Shown in pieces: positions 38,506-47,671 of a DNA stretch of 64,000 nucleotides. This stretch comes from an uncultured Bacilli bacterium (GTDB lineage: Bacteria > Bacillota_I > Bacilli_A > RF39 > UBA660): positions 16,422 through 80,421 of the forward strand of contig CAKPKL010000002.1 of the NCBI GenBank assembly GCA_934167485.1. Direction: 5' to 3'. The notes beneath the pieces were generated by a model. It saw only the letters and a list, made by a program, of their open reading frames with translations, searched no databases and was not told where the DNA came from. Both the position numbers and the translations under genes were made by a program. Every line of letters begins with the position of its first letter. The first letter of the stretch is position 1.

Positions 38506-39588
38506 TCAAGTATTAATATATTCTTTTATTATTTCTTTATTTTGTTTTAATCTTTCATCTTTTGAATTTAGTTCTATTGCTTTATTTATATTACTTAGTG
38601 ATTGTTCATAATTTTTTATATTAAAATAACAAATTGATAATATATCATACGGTAATTCATTCCAACTAAAATTTTCATTTATATATGATTTAGATTTCTC
38701 TTTTATTTTTAACGCTTCTTCTATGTAGTATATAGAATCTACCCAATTATTATTATAATATTCTAATAATCCCATTTCTATCCAAGGTTCTCTTAGATAT
38801 GGTGCTTCTTTTATAGCTTTCTTTAACCAATTTCTTGATTCATCTAAATTATTCAAATTTTGGTATGCTCTTGATATAAATCTCATAGAAGCACATCTTT
38901 CATCCCTCCAAGTTGATGATGGTAATCCTAAATGTTTTTTTAATGTATCTATACATTCCTGCCATTTTCCATAATACATATACTCTCTGCCTAAATAATG
39001 CATATTTCTATCATCATTTGGGTTTTCTTTTACTGATTGCTCTAATAAAGGTAAATACATTGATCTAGATTTATTGATATCTGGATAATGATTTAAAACT
39101 ATATCATCTATAGTGACATAATTTTCTATTCCTTGGTATTCTAATACTTCATGTACTGGATGTACCCATTTATAGTTATTTCTAATATGTATTTTATCAG
39201 TATAAAAGTTTACTATTGGATTATTATTCTCATCCAATTTCCAATTATAATTATAAAATGCTCTAGTAGTATTATCTGTCCACTTACTTTCTAAGGCCTC
39301 TCTCCATCCAGATACAAGAACTTCATCTAAATCTGTACACACATATATATCATACTTATCTGGAATAATATTTAAAGATTCATTTCTAGCTGCATCAAAT
39401 CTCCAAGGTTTTATTTCTTTTATAGATACATTAATACCCCTTTGTTTTAATTTTTTTACTGTATTATCACTAGAACCTGTATCAAGAACATATATATCAT
39501 CTGCTTCTTTCATAGAATCTACCCATCTATCTACAAATTTTTCTTCATTTTTACTTATTGCATATACACATACTTTATATTTTTTCAT
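38506..39588 (-). CDS. Family-2 glycosyltransferase with C-terminal TPR-like repeats
   Basis: CVYAISKNEEKFVDRWVDSMKEADDIYVLDTGSSDNT and CTDLDEV (DxD) are present. The C-terminal half has TPR-like helices (YLGREYMYYGKWQECIDTLKKHL, ISRAYQNLNNLDESRNWLKKAI). 1-nt stop/start overlap with the collagen-like gene. Confidence 0.75.
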   Translation of the reverse strand: MKKYKVCVYAISKNEEKFVDRWVDSMKEADDIYVLDTGSSDNTVKKLKQRGINVSIKEIKPWRFDAARNESLNIIPDKYDIYVCTDLDEVLVSGWREALESKWTDNTTRAFYNYNWKLDENNNPIVNFYTDKIHIRNNYKWVHPVHEVLEYQGIENYVTIDDIVLNHYPDINKSRSMYLPLLEQSVKENPNDDRNMHYLGREYMYYGKWQECIDTLKKHLGLPSSTWRDERCASMRFISRAYQNLNNLDESRNWLKKAIKEAPYLREPWIEMGLLEYYNNNWVDSIYYIEEALKIKEKSKSYINENFSWNELPYDILSICYFNIKNYEQSLSNINKAIELNSKDERLKQNKEIIKEYINT

Positions 39589-40262
39589 TAGTTACTCTGT
39601 CTTCCTAAATAATCAATAACAATAGTAATAAGTGAATTACTAAAATATGAAGTAGAGGCTATATTTTTTAGATCAGGTGTAGATATATAGATTGAAGATT
39701 TACCTAAGTTTGATAACTCATATGTTTTTGATATGTCTGGGACTGATAATATTCCTTGTGCGAAATGTTCTATAGCTTCACCATTATATACCCATTGACC
39801 TACACCTATATAAACAAGATCTGTATTAGTTTCTTTAAAGCCTACTGATACTATATCCGTTTCTGGGTCAAAGTCTACACTACTTACTAAAGGATAAGCT
39901 GATACTGTAAAAGATATTTTATAGTATCCTGGAACATTAAATTTAATTATATTATTATTTAATGTAACTATATTACTAATATCTAATTCTGTTCTAGTTA
40001 TTGGAAGACTATCACCACTTTTAACTTCAATTCCATCTGCTTTAGTACTATCATTAAAAGTTACTAAATAAGCTGATCTTAATAAACTAGGTCCAGTAGG
40101 CCCTGTTGGACCTACATCTCCTTTAGATCCCTGTAAACCTTGTTCACCCTTCGGGCCTGTTGGCCCAACATCACCTCGAGGCCCTGTTGGGCCTATTAAG
40201 CAGGCTGGTTTACACTTTTGATCTTGTTCTATTTTTTTTAATATTTTATTATAATCAATCAT
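39588..40262 (-). CDS. BclA-like collagen-repeat protein (short GXX triple-helix region plus globular C-terminal domain)
   Basis: GPTGPRGDVGPTGPKGEQGLQGSKGDVGPTGPTGPS is ~12 GXY triplets, followed by a ~150-aa beta-rich C-terminal domain. I prefer the ATG at 40262 (GAGGAGG upstream) over the track start at 40277. Confidence 0.75.
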   Translation of the reverse strand: MIDYNKILKKIEQDQKCKPACLIGPTGPRGDVGPTGPKGEQGLQGSKGDVGPTGPTGPSLLRSAYLVTFNDSTKADGIEVKSGDSLPITRTELDISNIVTLNNNIIKFNVPGYYKISFTVSAYPLVSSVDFDPETDIVSVGFKETNTDLVYIGVGQWVYNGEAIEHFAQGILSVPDISKTYELSNLGKSSIYISTPDLKNIASTSYFSNSLITIVIDYLGRQSN

Positions 40263-40321
40263 TATATTCCTCCTCATTATAAAATATGTAGATTTGTATA
40301 TAATGTAAATTATTTTTATCT

Positions 40322-40347
40322 AAAAAAGGAACATTACTTTTGTTCCT
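40322..40347 (-). terminator. Rho-independent terminator after tex
   Basis: Stem AGGAAC / GTTCCT (40327..40332 and 40342..40347), followed by a minus-strand T-run (plus-strand A-run 40322..40327). Confidence 0.6.
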
Positions 40348-42499
40348 TTTTCTCTAATAAACTAAGTGATACCTTATTTTTGTCAAGTTTTATTTCTTCA
40401 ACATAGCAATCAACTATATCACCTACACTTAAAACTTCACTAGGATGTTTTATATATTTATCTGTTATTTTAGATATATGTACAAGTCCATCTTCATGAA
40501 GCCCAATATCTATAAAAGCTCCAAAATCAACTACATTTCTAACTGTTCCCTGTAATTTCATTCCAACAGTTAAATCTTTAAGTTCTAATATATCACTTTT
40601 TAATAATGGTTGAGGCATTTCATCTCTTGGATCCCTAGATGGACTCTTTAATGACTTAACTACATCTTCTAAAGTATAAATATCTGTAGATAACTTGTCT
40701 TTATATTCTTCTAAATTTATTTTATTTAGCTTTTCTATTAATTCATTAGTGCCTACATCTTTTAAAGTCATATTTAGGCTTTGTAATAAATCAAGAGCTA
40801 TTTTATAACTTTCCGGATGTATTCCTGTAGAATCTAATATATTATCGCCTTCTGTTATTCTTAAGAAACCTATTGCTTGTTCATAAGTTTTATCACTCAA
40901 TAACTTTTCAAGTTCTAATCTAGATTTAAATTTACCATGAGTATCTCTATAGTTAATTAATTTATCTATATTCTTTTTAGTAATACCAGATACATATTTT
41001 AATAACGATGGAGATGCTGTATTTATATTTACACCTACACTATTTACAGCTTTACTTACAACGAAATCCAAATTTTCACTTAGTTTTTTACTAGATACAT
41101 CATGTTGATAAAGTCCAACACCTATACCTTCTGGTGGAATTTTTACAAGTTCTGATAATGGATCTTGCAATCTTCTACCAATACTAACAGCACTTCTTTT
41201 TTCAACAGCTAAATCATGGAATTCTTCAATAGCTACCTTAGAAGCACTGTATATAGAAGCACCTGCCTCTGATACTATAACATATTTACATTTCAAATTA
41301 TATTTTTTTATCATATTAGATATAAACTTTTCTGATTCTCTAGAAGCAGTTCCATTACCAATAGCTATTATATCAACATTATATTTATCAATTAAATTCT
41401 TTACAATTATTTCTGATTGTTCTATTAACTTATCTTGATTATTACTTTTAATAAATGGTTTTACAACTGTACTGTCTAAATATTTTCCTGTTTTATCTAT
41501 TACTGCTATTTTACATCCATTTATATAACCAGGATCAAAAGCTAACACTACTTGCTCTTTCATAGGTGGAGTTAATAACAGTGACTCTAAGTTTTTACCA
41601 AAATTATCAATTGCAGCTTCTTCACCTATATTAGTTAAATCACTTCTTATTTCTCTTTCTATAGAAGGTTCAATTAATCTTTTATACGAATCAGCTATAG
41701 CATCCTTTATTATATCAACTACAAAAGAAGAATTATTCTTTATTATTCTTTTTTCTAAATATTCTAAAGTTCTTTCTTTATCATTTTCTATAGATACACT
41801 AAGTACTCCATCATTTTCTCCTCTATTGAGCGCTAAAATCCTATGAGGTTTAATATATTTAATTTTTTCCTCATAATCATAATACATATCATATGTTTTA
41901 TTTTCATCTTTAGCATTCTTTTTTAATTTACTTTTTATAATACCAAAGTTATATGTATTATCTCTAATACTCTTTCTAAAGAATGCGTTATCACTTATAT
42001 TTTCTGCAATAATGTATTTAGCACCTTCTATAGCTTTATCTATACTAGTAACATTTTCATTCAGATACTTTTTAGCAATACCCTCTATACTACCACTAGT
42101 TGGGAAAGCCATAATGTCTTTAGCTAAACCTTCTAAACCATTTTTGATAGCCTCTGTTGCTTTAGTTTTTTTCTTTTCCTTAAATGGTCTATATAAATCT
42201 TCTACCTCTACTAATTTAGTAGATTTCATAATATTATCTTTAAGCTCAGGTGTAAGTAAGCCTTTTTCATCTATAAGTCTTATTACATCTTCTTTTCTTT
42301 TTAATAAATTAACTTGATAACTATATACCTCTTCAATAGCTTTTATTTTTTCTTCATCTAAAGCTCCTGTAGCCTCTTTTCTATATCTAGCAATAAAAGG
42401 AATAGTATTACCCTCTTCTAATAATTTTAAAGTAACTAATACTTGTTTTAAAGTTATATTTAAATCTTTACTTATCTCTTTTATAATTTCTTCGTTCAT
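40334..42499 (-). CDS. tex: Tex-like transcription accessory protein (YqgF/HhH/S1 domains)
   Basis: 721 aa. The N-terminus is ...TLKLLEEGNTIPFIARYRKEATG. The C-terminal S1 domain is GMKLQGTVRNVVDFGAFIDIGLHEDGLVHISK. Confidence 0.9.
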   Translation of the reverse strand: MNEEIIKEISKDLNITLKQVLVTLKLLEEGNTIPFIARYRKEATGALDEEKIKAIEEVYSYQVNLLKRKEDVIRLIDEKGLLTPELKDNIMKSTKLVEVEDLYRPFKEKKKTKATEAIKNGLEGLAKDIMAFPTSGSIEGIAKKYLNENVTSIDKAIEGAKYIIAENISDNAFFRKSIRDNTYNFGIIKSKLKKNAKDENKTYDMYYDYEEKIKYIKPHRILALNRGENDGVLSVSIENDKERTLEYLEKRIIKNNSSFVVDIIKDAIADSYKRLIEPSIEREIRSDLTNIGEEAAIDNFGKNLESLLLTPPMKEQVVLAFDPGYINGCKIAVIDKTGKYLDSTVVKPFIKSNNQDKLIEQSEIIVKNLIDKYNVDIIAIGNGTASRESEKFISNMIKKYNLKCKYVIVSEAGASIYSASKVAIEEFHDLAVEKRSAVSIGRRLQDPLSELVKIPPEGIGVGLYQHDVSSKKLSENLDFVVSKAVNSVGVNINTASPSLLKYVSGITKKNIDKLINYRDTHGKFKSRLELEKLLSDKTYEQAIGFLRITEGDNILDSTGIHPESYKIALDLLQSLNMTLKDVGTNELIEKLNKINLEEYKDKLSTDIYTLEDVVKSLKSPSRDPRDEMPQPLLKSDILELKDLTVGMKLQGTVRNVVDFGAFIDIGLHEDGLVHISKITDKYIKHPSEVLSVGDIVDCYVEEIKLDKNKVSLSLLEKKEQK

Positions 42500-42571
42500 A
42501 CGTCCTCTTTTCTACTATCTAATTATACTATATTTTTTCATATAAAAAAAGACTGTATAAACAATCTTAAA

Positions 42572-42898
42572 TTATTTTTGAACTAATATAGTTTCATAAT
42601 TTACCATTACTTTACTATGAAAATCACTCATATGTTTCTTTAAACTTTTTAAGGATTCTACTCGAGTAAAAAACTTCTTATTTTTTTCAAAATTTGTTAA
42701 TGGTTCAAAATATTCAATTGAATAACTGTATCCTTCTTTAAGACTAATAGTAGATATTTTTCTGTCTGGATATTGTAAATCTATAATACAATTATTTTCA
42801 CTTGATACTATAGTATAATATCCATTTAATTCTACTCCATTTAAGTAAGTAGCTACATTAGCAAGACCTAAATTATTTACATCATATTGTTTCTTCAT
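42572..42898 (-). CDS. Hypothetical protein (108 aa)
   Basis: ORF with RBS-like GGGGATGA upstream. No motif recognised. Confidence 0.5.
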   Translation of the reverse strand: MKKQYDVNNLGLANVATYLNGVELNGYYTIVSSENNCIIDLQYPDRKISTISLKEGYSYSIEYFEPLTNFEKNKKFFTRVESLKSLKKHMSDFHSKVMVNYETILVQK

Positions 42899-42961
42899 AT
42901 AATCATCCCCTGTTTGATTATATTACATTAAATACGACTTTTTGTCAATAAAAATAAAGAT

Positions 42962-43068
42962 TTAGTTAAGTAAAGATTTTGAAATAGTTATAACTGGGCG
43001 AACACCTGAAGAATTCGAGATAGCAACATGACTGCTAATAACTCTATTAAAGTAAAACCTTTCTTCAT
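42962..43068 (-). pseudogene. Internally deleted, frameshifted remnant of a prepilin-like gene (leader plus C-terminal GVRPVI motif only)
   Basis: ATG at 43068 with RBS AGGAGGA. It encodes MKKGFTLIELLAV..., then stops after 26 codons. In another frame the 3' part reads SNSSGVRPVITISKSLLN*, compare SYGVRPVIEVLKSNLS* in gene 27796..28995. The span is 107 nt, which is not a multiple of 3. The upstream 28 bp (43077..43104) is identical to 50048..50075. Confidence 0.75.
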
Positions 43069-43146
43069 GTTATCCTCCTATTCTATGTAAATTATACTAA
43101 AAAATATAGATTAATCAATAACCTATATTTTTATCTAATCAAAATA

Positions 43147-45174
43147 TTAATTACTAGTTCCTAAAGTTTCTATACCTGTTTCATATGCTTTTATCAAATC
43201 ATAAGTTATTATACCATTTGAAACATTTATTAATTCTTCTGCATATTTATTATACTTATCTATATAATCAATATCTATAGATGTTTCTAAATCCAATTGT
43301 CTAAACTCTTGTTTAGAACTATTATAATAAACTTTATTAGTTAACCAATTTCCACTTGGAAAAACTACAACATTATCACTAATATTAAACATATCATTAC
43401 CTAAAGCATATTTTGGTTTTACACCTAACATATTTGCTAAAGTTGGCATAACATCTATCATACCCATCACTTCATTAATCTTTTTAGTATATTTGGATTT
43501 AACTTTATCTTTTGACCATATTATAAATGGAACTTTTCTATTTATCTCATAAGTAAATTCATCTATTACTCCTACTGTATTATTTGGATCTATTAATACA
43601 CTTTGATAATATTCACTTTGATATAATTTATTAAATTCACTTTTCTTTAATTTACAATCATGATCTCCATATAAAACTACAACTGTATTATCTAAAAGTC
43701 CTTTAGAATCTAGATTAGCTAAAAGTTCTCCTATAGCCTCATCAGCATAATGAACTGATTTTAAATAATTACCTATTCTTGTTTCTTCTAACCATTCTAC
43801 TTCTTGTTCTTCTCCTGTCTCTGGATCAATTTGTCCAGTTTTATAATTAACTGAATAATCACTATGTTCTTCTATATCACTAAAAGGAGTATGATTAGTT
43901 AACATAACAAGAGTTCCATACCAATTTGATTTTTCATCATTAATATTTTTAATTTTATCTACAGCTTGTCTAAAGAAAGATTTATCTGATAATCCTAAAC
44001 CTATTTCTTCATCTATTTCAAAATCTTTCGTATAATAATAGAAATTATCATACCCTAAATATTTATAAGCTACGTTTCTATTCCATGCACTACCATTATT
44101 AGCATGCATACTGAATGTATAATATCCTTCGTTTTTTAATAGTTTCAAAATTGTTTCATAATCTCTATTAAAATAATTCATAAATACAGTACCACTATTT
44201 GAAGGAAGTAAACTTGTAAGTGAAGTAAATTCACTATCACTACTATTTCCTACGCTTTCTTGAGCATAAAAATTAGAAAAATAAATACCTTCTTGTGACA
44301 TCTTATTTAAATTTGGAGTTAATTCTTTTCCATTAAATTTAAGATTCATAGTAAATCCTTGAATACTCTCTCCATGAATTACTAAAACATTTTTACCTTT
44401 AAATATATTGGTATATTTATTATTTTCTTTATCTATATTATTACTTTCATAATACTCCCTGAATGTTTTGTAAGCTTCATCATATCCAAACATTTCATTT
44501 ACAGTTGTCTTTACAGAAGTTAATATATCATTTGCTTGATATGTATATATGCCAAATTCCATAACAATAGATGATCTATTCCATTGTTTATTTAACCTAC
44601 TTATATCTACACCTGTTAACATTGATATAAAAAATCCAAGTGTTATTAAAGCAACTACTACCATGTTTAAAAATCTAACTTTACCATTTTCAATTAAAGT
44701 TACTTTATCATAATACTTTTTCTTTTTTAATTGAAAGTGCACAAAACACACTACAAAAATTTGTAATAAGAAAACAAAATCTTTTAACTCTAATATATTT
44801 TCAAAAACTGCATCCGTATACCCTCCAAGTTCAGTTGCTGTTTTAAGTAATGAAACAGATGCAAAAGATAAATAATTACTATAATAAACTGTATTAATTA
44901 AACAAATAGCAGTAAGTATAACACTCCATACTATAAAATACTTAAATTGATGTTTGGGTTTAATAAAATATCCAAAAGATGTAATTATTAAAAGTACTAC
45001 TAAGTCAGCTAATATAGGTTTAATAGCAAAATAATTAGCTACTGTAAGAAATCTTACAAGCGTTGAATTTATTAAACAACTTATTATAAAAGATGACATT
45101 AATATATTTGTTTTTATATATCTACATATTTTATCTATTCCTCGTTTTAATACTTCTATCACTCTATCACCCAC
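43147..45174 (-). CDS. ltaS: LtaS-family lipoteichoic acid synthase / sulfatase-domain membrane protein
   Basis: Five N-terminal TMs plus an extracellular sulfatase-like domain (VIHGESIQGF, SEFTSLTSLLP, LTNHTPF, LYGDHD). The track start is a GTG; the exact start is uncertain. Confidence 0.8.
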   Translation of the reverse strand: MGDRVIEVLKRGIDKICRYIKTNILMSSFIISCLINSTLVRFLTVANYFAIKPILADLVVLLIITSFGYFIKPKHQFKYFIVWSVILTAICLINTVYYSNYLSFASVSLLKTATELGGYTDAVFENILELKDFVFLLQIFVVCFVHFQLKKKKYYDKVTLIENGKVRFLNMVVVALITLGFFISMLTGVDISRLNKQWNRSSIVMEFGIYTYQANDILTSVKTTVNEMFGYDEAYKTFREYYESNNIDKENNKYTNIFKGKNVLVIHGESIQGFTMNLKFNGKELTPNLNKMSQEGIYFSNFYAQESVGNSSDSEFTSLTSLLPSNSGTVFMNYFNRDYETILKLLKNEGYYTFSMHANNGSAWNRNVAYKYLGYDNFYYYTKDFEIDEEIGLGLSDKSFFRQAVDKIKNINDEKSNWYGTLVMLTNHTPFSDIEEHSDYSVNYKTGQIDPETGEEQEVEWLEETRIGNYLKSVHYADEAIGELLANLDSKGLLDNTVVVLYGDHDCKLKKSEFNKLYQSEYYQSVLIDPNNTVGVIDEFTYEINRKVPFIIWSKDKVKSKYTKKINEVMGMIDVMPTLANMLGVKPKYALGNDMFNISDNVVVFPSGNWLTNKVYYNSSKQEFRQLDLETSIDIDYIDKYNKYAEELINVSNGIITYDLIKAYETGIETLGTSN

Positions 45175-45208
45175 TTGACTCGATAATTATACCATACCTA
45201 ATAAAATA

Positions 45209-45883
45209 TTACAAATTTGAATTAACATAATCAAACAATTCTTCATTAATTTCTTCTATTTTTTTAGGTAATTTTTTATTATTGCACTCAATAGTTTTAA
45301 AATTATACATTTTAGCTATTTCTTTATATGCATCCTCTGCTAAAAGCAAATGTTCTTTTGATGCTTCATGTTCATCCATAGCCTCTTCCCTATCTTTTTT
45401 TAATATTAAAGATACTTCATATGGCATGTGCAAAAAAACTTTTATATCAGCATGTGGAAGTTCAAGTAAATCAAACTCCAATTTTTCTAACCACTTATAC
45501 ATTTTTATTCTTTCTTCATTGTCTTTTATTTTTCCACCTTGATGAGCTAAATTAGAATATATATATCTATCTAATATAACATTAATACCTTGATTTAACA
45601 TTTCCTCTATTTTACCAATATTATACTTTCTATCCGCTGCATAATAAAGAGATGAAACTTTTGGATCTACATTAATCGCACCTTCATTAAACCAACCTTT
45701 ACAGATATAAGATTTTCCTAGATAAGGTCCTCCTACTATTTTACCTGTTGGACTATCATAATTTGGAAAACTAAATCTTACACACTTCTTATTTATTTTT
45801 TCTAATTTTTCAACCAACAATTTTGTTTGTGTTTCTTTACCACTACAATCAGTTCCTTCTATTACTATTAATTTACCCTTCAT
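45209..45883 (-). CDS. tmk: Thymidylate (dTMP) kinase
   Basis: P-loop is LIVIEGTDCSGKETQTKLL. RFSFPNYDSPTGKIV resembles the RFPERSTxIG motif of type-I TMP kinases. DRYIYSNLAHQ is also present. Confidence 0.75.
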   Translation of the reverse strand: MKGKLIVIEGTDCSGKETQTKLLVEKLEKINKKCVRFSFPNYDSPTGKIVGGPYLGKSYICKGWFNEGAINVDPKVSSLYYAADRKYNIGKIEEMLNQGINVILDRYIYSNLAHQGGKIKDNEERIKMYKWLEKLEFDLLELPHADIKVFLHMPYEVSLILKKDREEAMDEHEASKEHLLLAEDAYKEIAKMYNFKTIECNNKKLPKKIEEINEELFDYVNSNL

Positions 45884-45959
45884 AACATCACCATATTAAT
45901 TATACTATTTTTGATAAAAAATAAAAAGATTATTAATCAAAATAATCTCTTATTTACAT

Positions 45960-47183
45960 TTATTCATAAAGTGGTAATGTTATTGTTACTTTAGTTCCTA
46001 CATTGTATTCTGATTCATAATTGATACTTCCGTTATGTGCTTCTATTATTTCATATATAAGAGCTACTCCAAGACCAGATCCTCTTTTTTTAGTTGTAAA
46101 AAACGGATCTTTTATTTTATCTAATACTTCTTCAGTCATTCCACAACCATTATCACATATAACTAAATTATATTTATTATTACTTATTTTACTTGTAAAT
46201 GTTATAAGTCCATTATCACTTATAGATTCAATACTATTTTTAATAAGATTTATTAATACTTGACTTAATCTATTATAATCACCATTAATAAATACTTCAT
46301 CTTCACTAGTATCCATGTTTACATCTATATTTTTTTCTTTTAACAAAGGTTTTACTTTATCTAATGTATCTTCTAAAAGCATATTTATATCCATTATATC
46401 TTTATTAAGATTACTTTTATTTATAAGTAAAAAATCTTCTAATATTGAAAGTAATCTTTCTATTTCTGATTTTATTATAGGTATATATCTTTCTACTTGC
46501 CTTTGGTCTCTTACATTAATCATATCCAAATAACCTTTACAAACAGCTATTGGATTCTTTATTTCATGTGTTATTTTAAATAGCGATAATCTTATTTGTT
46601 TTTCTTGTTGTAATTCTTTAAATGTTGTATGTGTACTCATAATACTTCTACCTATTTCATACATTAAATATAATATATTTAAAATAAAAAAGTAAGCTGA
46701 TATTGAAAGTATTATTTCATTCATTTGATATAAATATGAATTAAATATATTTAACCATAATAAATATACTAAACTACTCAGTAGTATAAATGCTTCTAAA
46801 AAAACTATATTATTTAACTTATTATACTTTTTAACTAAATATAATAATCCTAATATTATGTAAAGTATTATTAAAAAATAAATATAATTTACATAATTTC
46901 TATGAATTATAAGTATACATAATCCAAGTGCATTAGCAAGTATCCACTTATCTTCTATATATGCGATTAAAACTACTGTATTAAGCACAAGTATTGGTAC
47001 AACTTTAGGTTCATTTATACCATATTTTAAAACTAGAAAAAAAGATGAAATTAGCATAAGTGAACTATATATTTTTTTATTTCTTGGTTTTATATTTTTA
47101 TTTGTAGATAAATAAATTAAATAAACAAGTATTGGAAATACTAATAATATAACATCTAACAACACTATTTGAAATAAATTCAT
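45960..47183 (-). CDS. Orphan membrane sensor histidine kinase (multi-TM sensor, HisKA, HATPase_c)
   Basis: H-box is FKITHEIKNPIAV. N, G1 and G2 boxes are LINLIKNSIES, DNGCGM and GSGLGVAL. There are ~6 N-terminal TMs. The track start at 47195 is TTG; I prefer the ATG at 47183 (GGGTGAT upstream). No response regulator is adjacent. Confidence 0.85.
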   Translation of the reverse strand: MNLFQIVLLDVILLVFPILVYLIYLSTNKNIKPRNKKIYSSLMLISSFFLVLKYGINEPKVVPILVLNTVVLIAYIEDKWILANALGLCILIIHRNYVNYIYFLIILYIILGLLYLVKKYNKLNNIVFLEAFILLSSLVYLLWLNIFNSYLYQMNEIILSISAYFFILNILYLMYEIGRSIMSTHTTFKELQQEKQIRLSLFKITHEIKNPIAVCKGYLDMINVRDQRQVERYIPIIKSEIERLLSILEDFLLINKSNLNKDIMDINMLLEDTLDKVKPLLKEKNIDVNMDTSEDEVFINGDYNRLSQVLINLIKNSIESISDNGLITFTSKISNNKYNLVICDNGCGMTEEVLDKIKDPFFTTKKRGSGLGVALIYEIIEAHNGSINYESEYNVGTKVTITLPLYE

Positions 47184-47234
47184 TATATCACCCAATATAA
47201 GTATATTAAATTATTTTGTCGAATTTTGTCGAAA

Positions 47235-47262
47235 TATGAAAAAAAGTGACGAAATATCACTT
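47235..47262 (-). terminator. Rho-independent terminator after the EIIB-like gene
   Basis: Minus strand reads AAGTGA-TATTTCG-TCACTT followed by TTTTTT. Overlaps the TGA stop (47259..47257). Confidence 0.65.
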
Positions 47263-47568
47263 CAAATCATTAATATACTTTTTTATTTGTTTAGCATCAC
47301 TACCTAAAATAATTTTTAATTGATTATCAATTTCTACTATTCCTTGAGCTCCCATTCTTTGTATACCCTCTTTATTTGCTTTAGATATATCTTTAAGTGT
47401 TACTACAAATCTAGATTTATTAAATTCATAATCAATAACATTATCTTTACCACCCAAAAGCATTATTAGTTTATTTGCCTCTAATTTGAAATCTTTCTTC
47501 TTAGAACGTGCAATTGCAATTGCGATTACTAAACATACTAATATTACTATTATATATTCTATTCTCAT
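47257..47568 (-). CDS. Membrane-anchored PTS EIIB(Glc)-like domain protein lacking the phospho-cysteine
   Basis: N-terminal TM IIVILVCLVIAIAIA. LLGGKDNVIDYEFNKSRFVVTLKD aligns with the canonical ALGGKENI..LDHCATRLRVTVKD, with Cys replaced by Asn. GAQGIVEIDNQLKIILG is also present. Confidence 0.6.
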   Translation of the reverse strand: MRIEYIIVILVCLVIAIAIARSKKKDFKLEANKLIMLLGGKDNVIDYEFNKSRFVVTLKDISKANKEGIQRMGAQGIVEIDNQLKIILGSDAKQIKKYINDLK

Positions 47569-47671
47569 TAAATCACCAATATAATTATACTATAAAATTT
47601 TAAAAAAATAAATATTTAAGTTTTTATTGTATAAAAATCATAAATAGTGTAAGATAATAAATGGTGATGTT

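Noticed and set aside
39588-40262. The collagen-like protein as a phage tail fibre.
   Set aside because: No phage structural or lysis genes flank it. The neighbours are tex, a glycosyltransferase and a NUDIX hydrolase, each with chromosomal-style terminators. A BclA-like surface protein is more parsimonious, though it is unverified.
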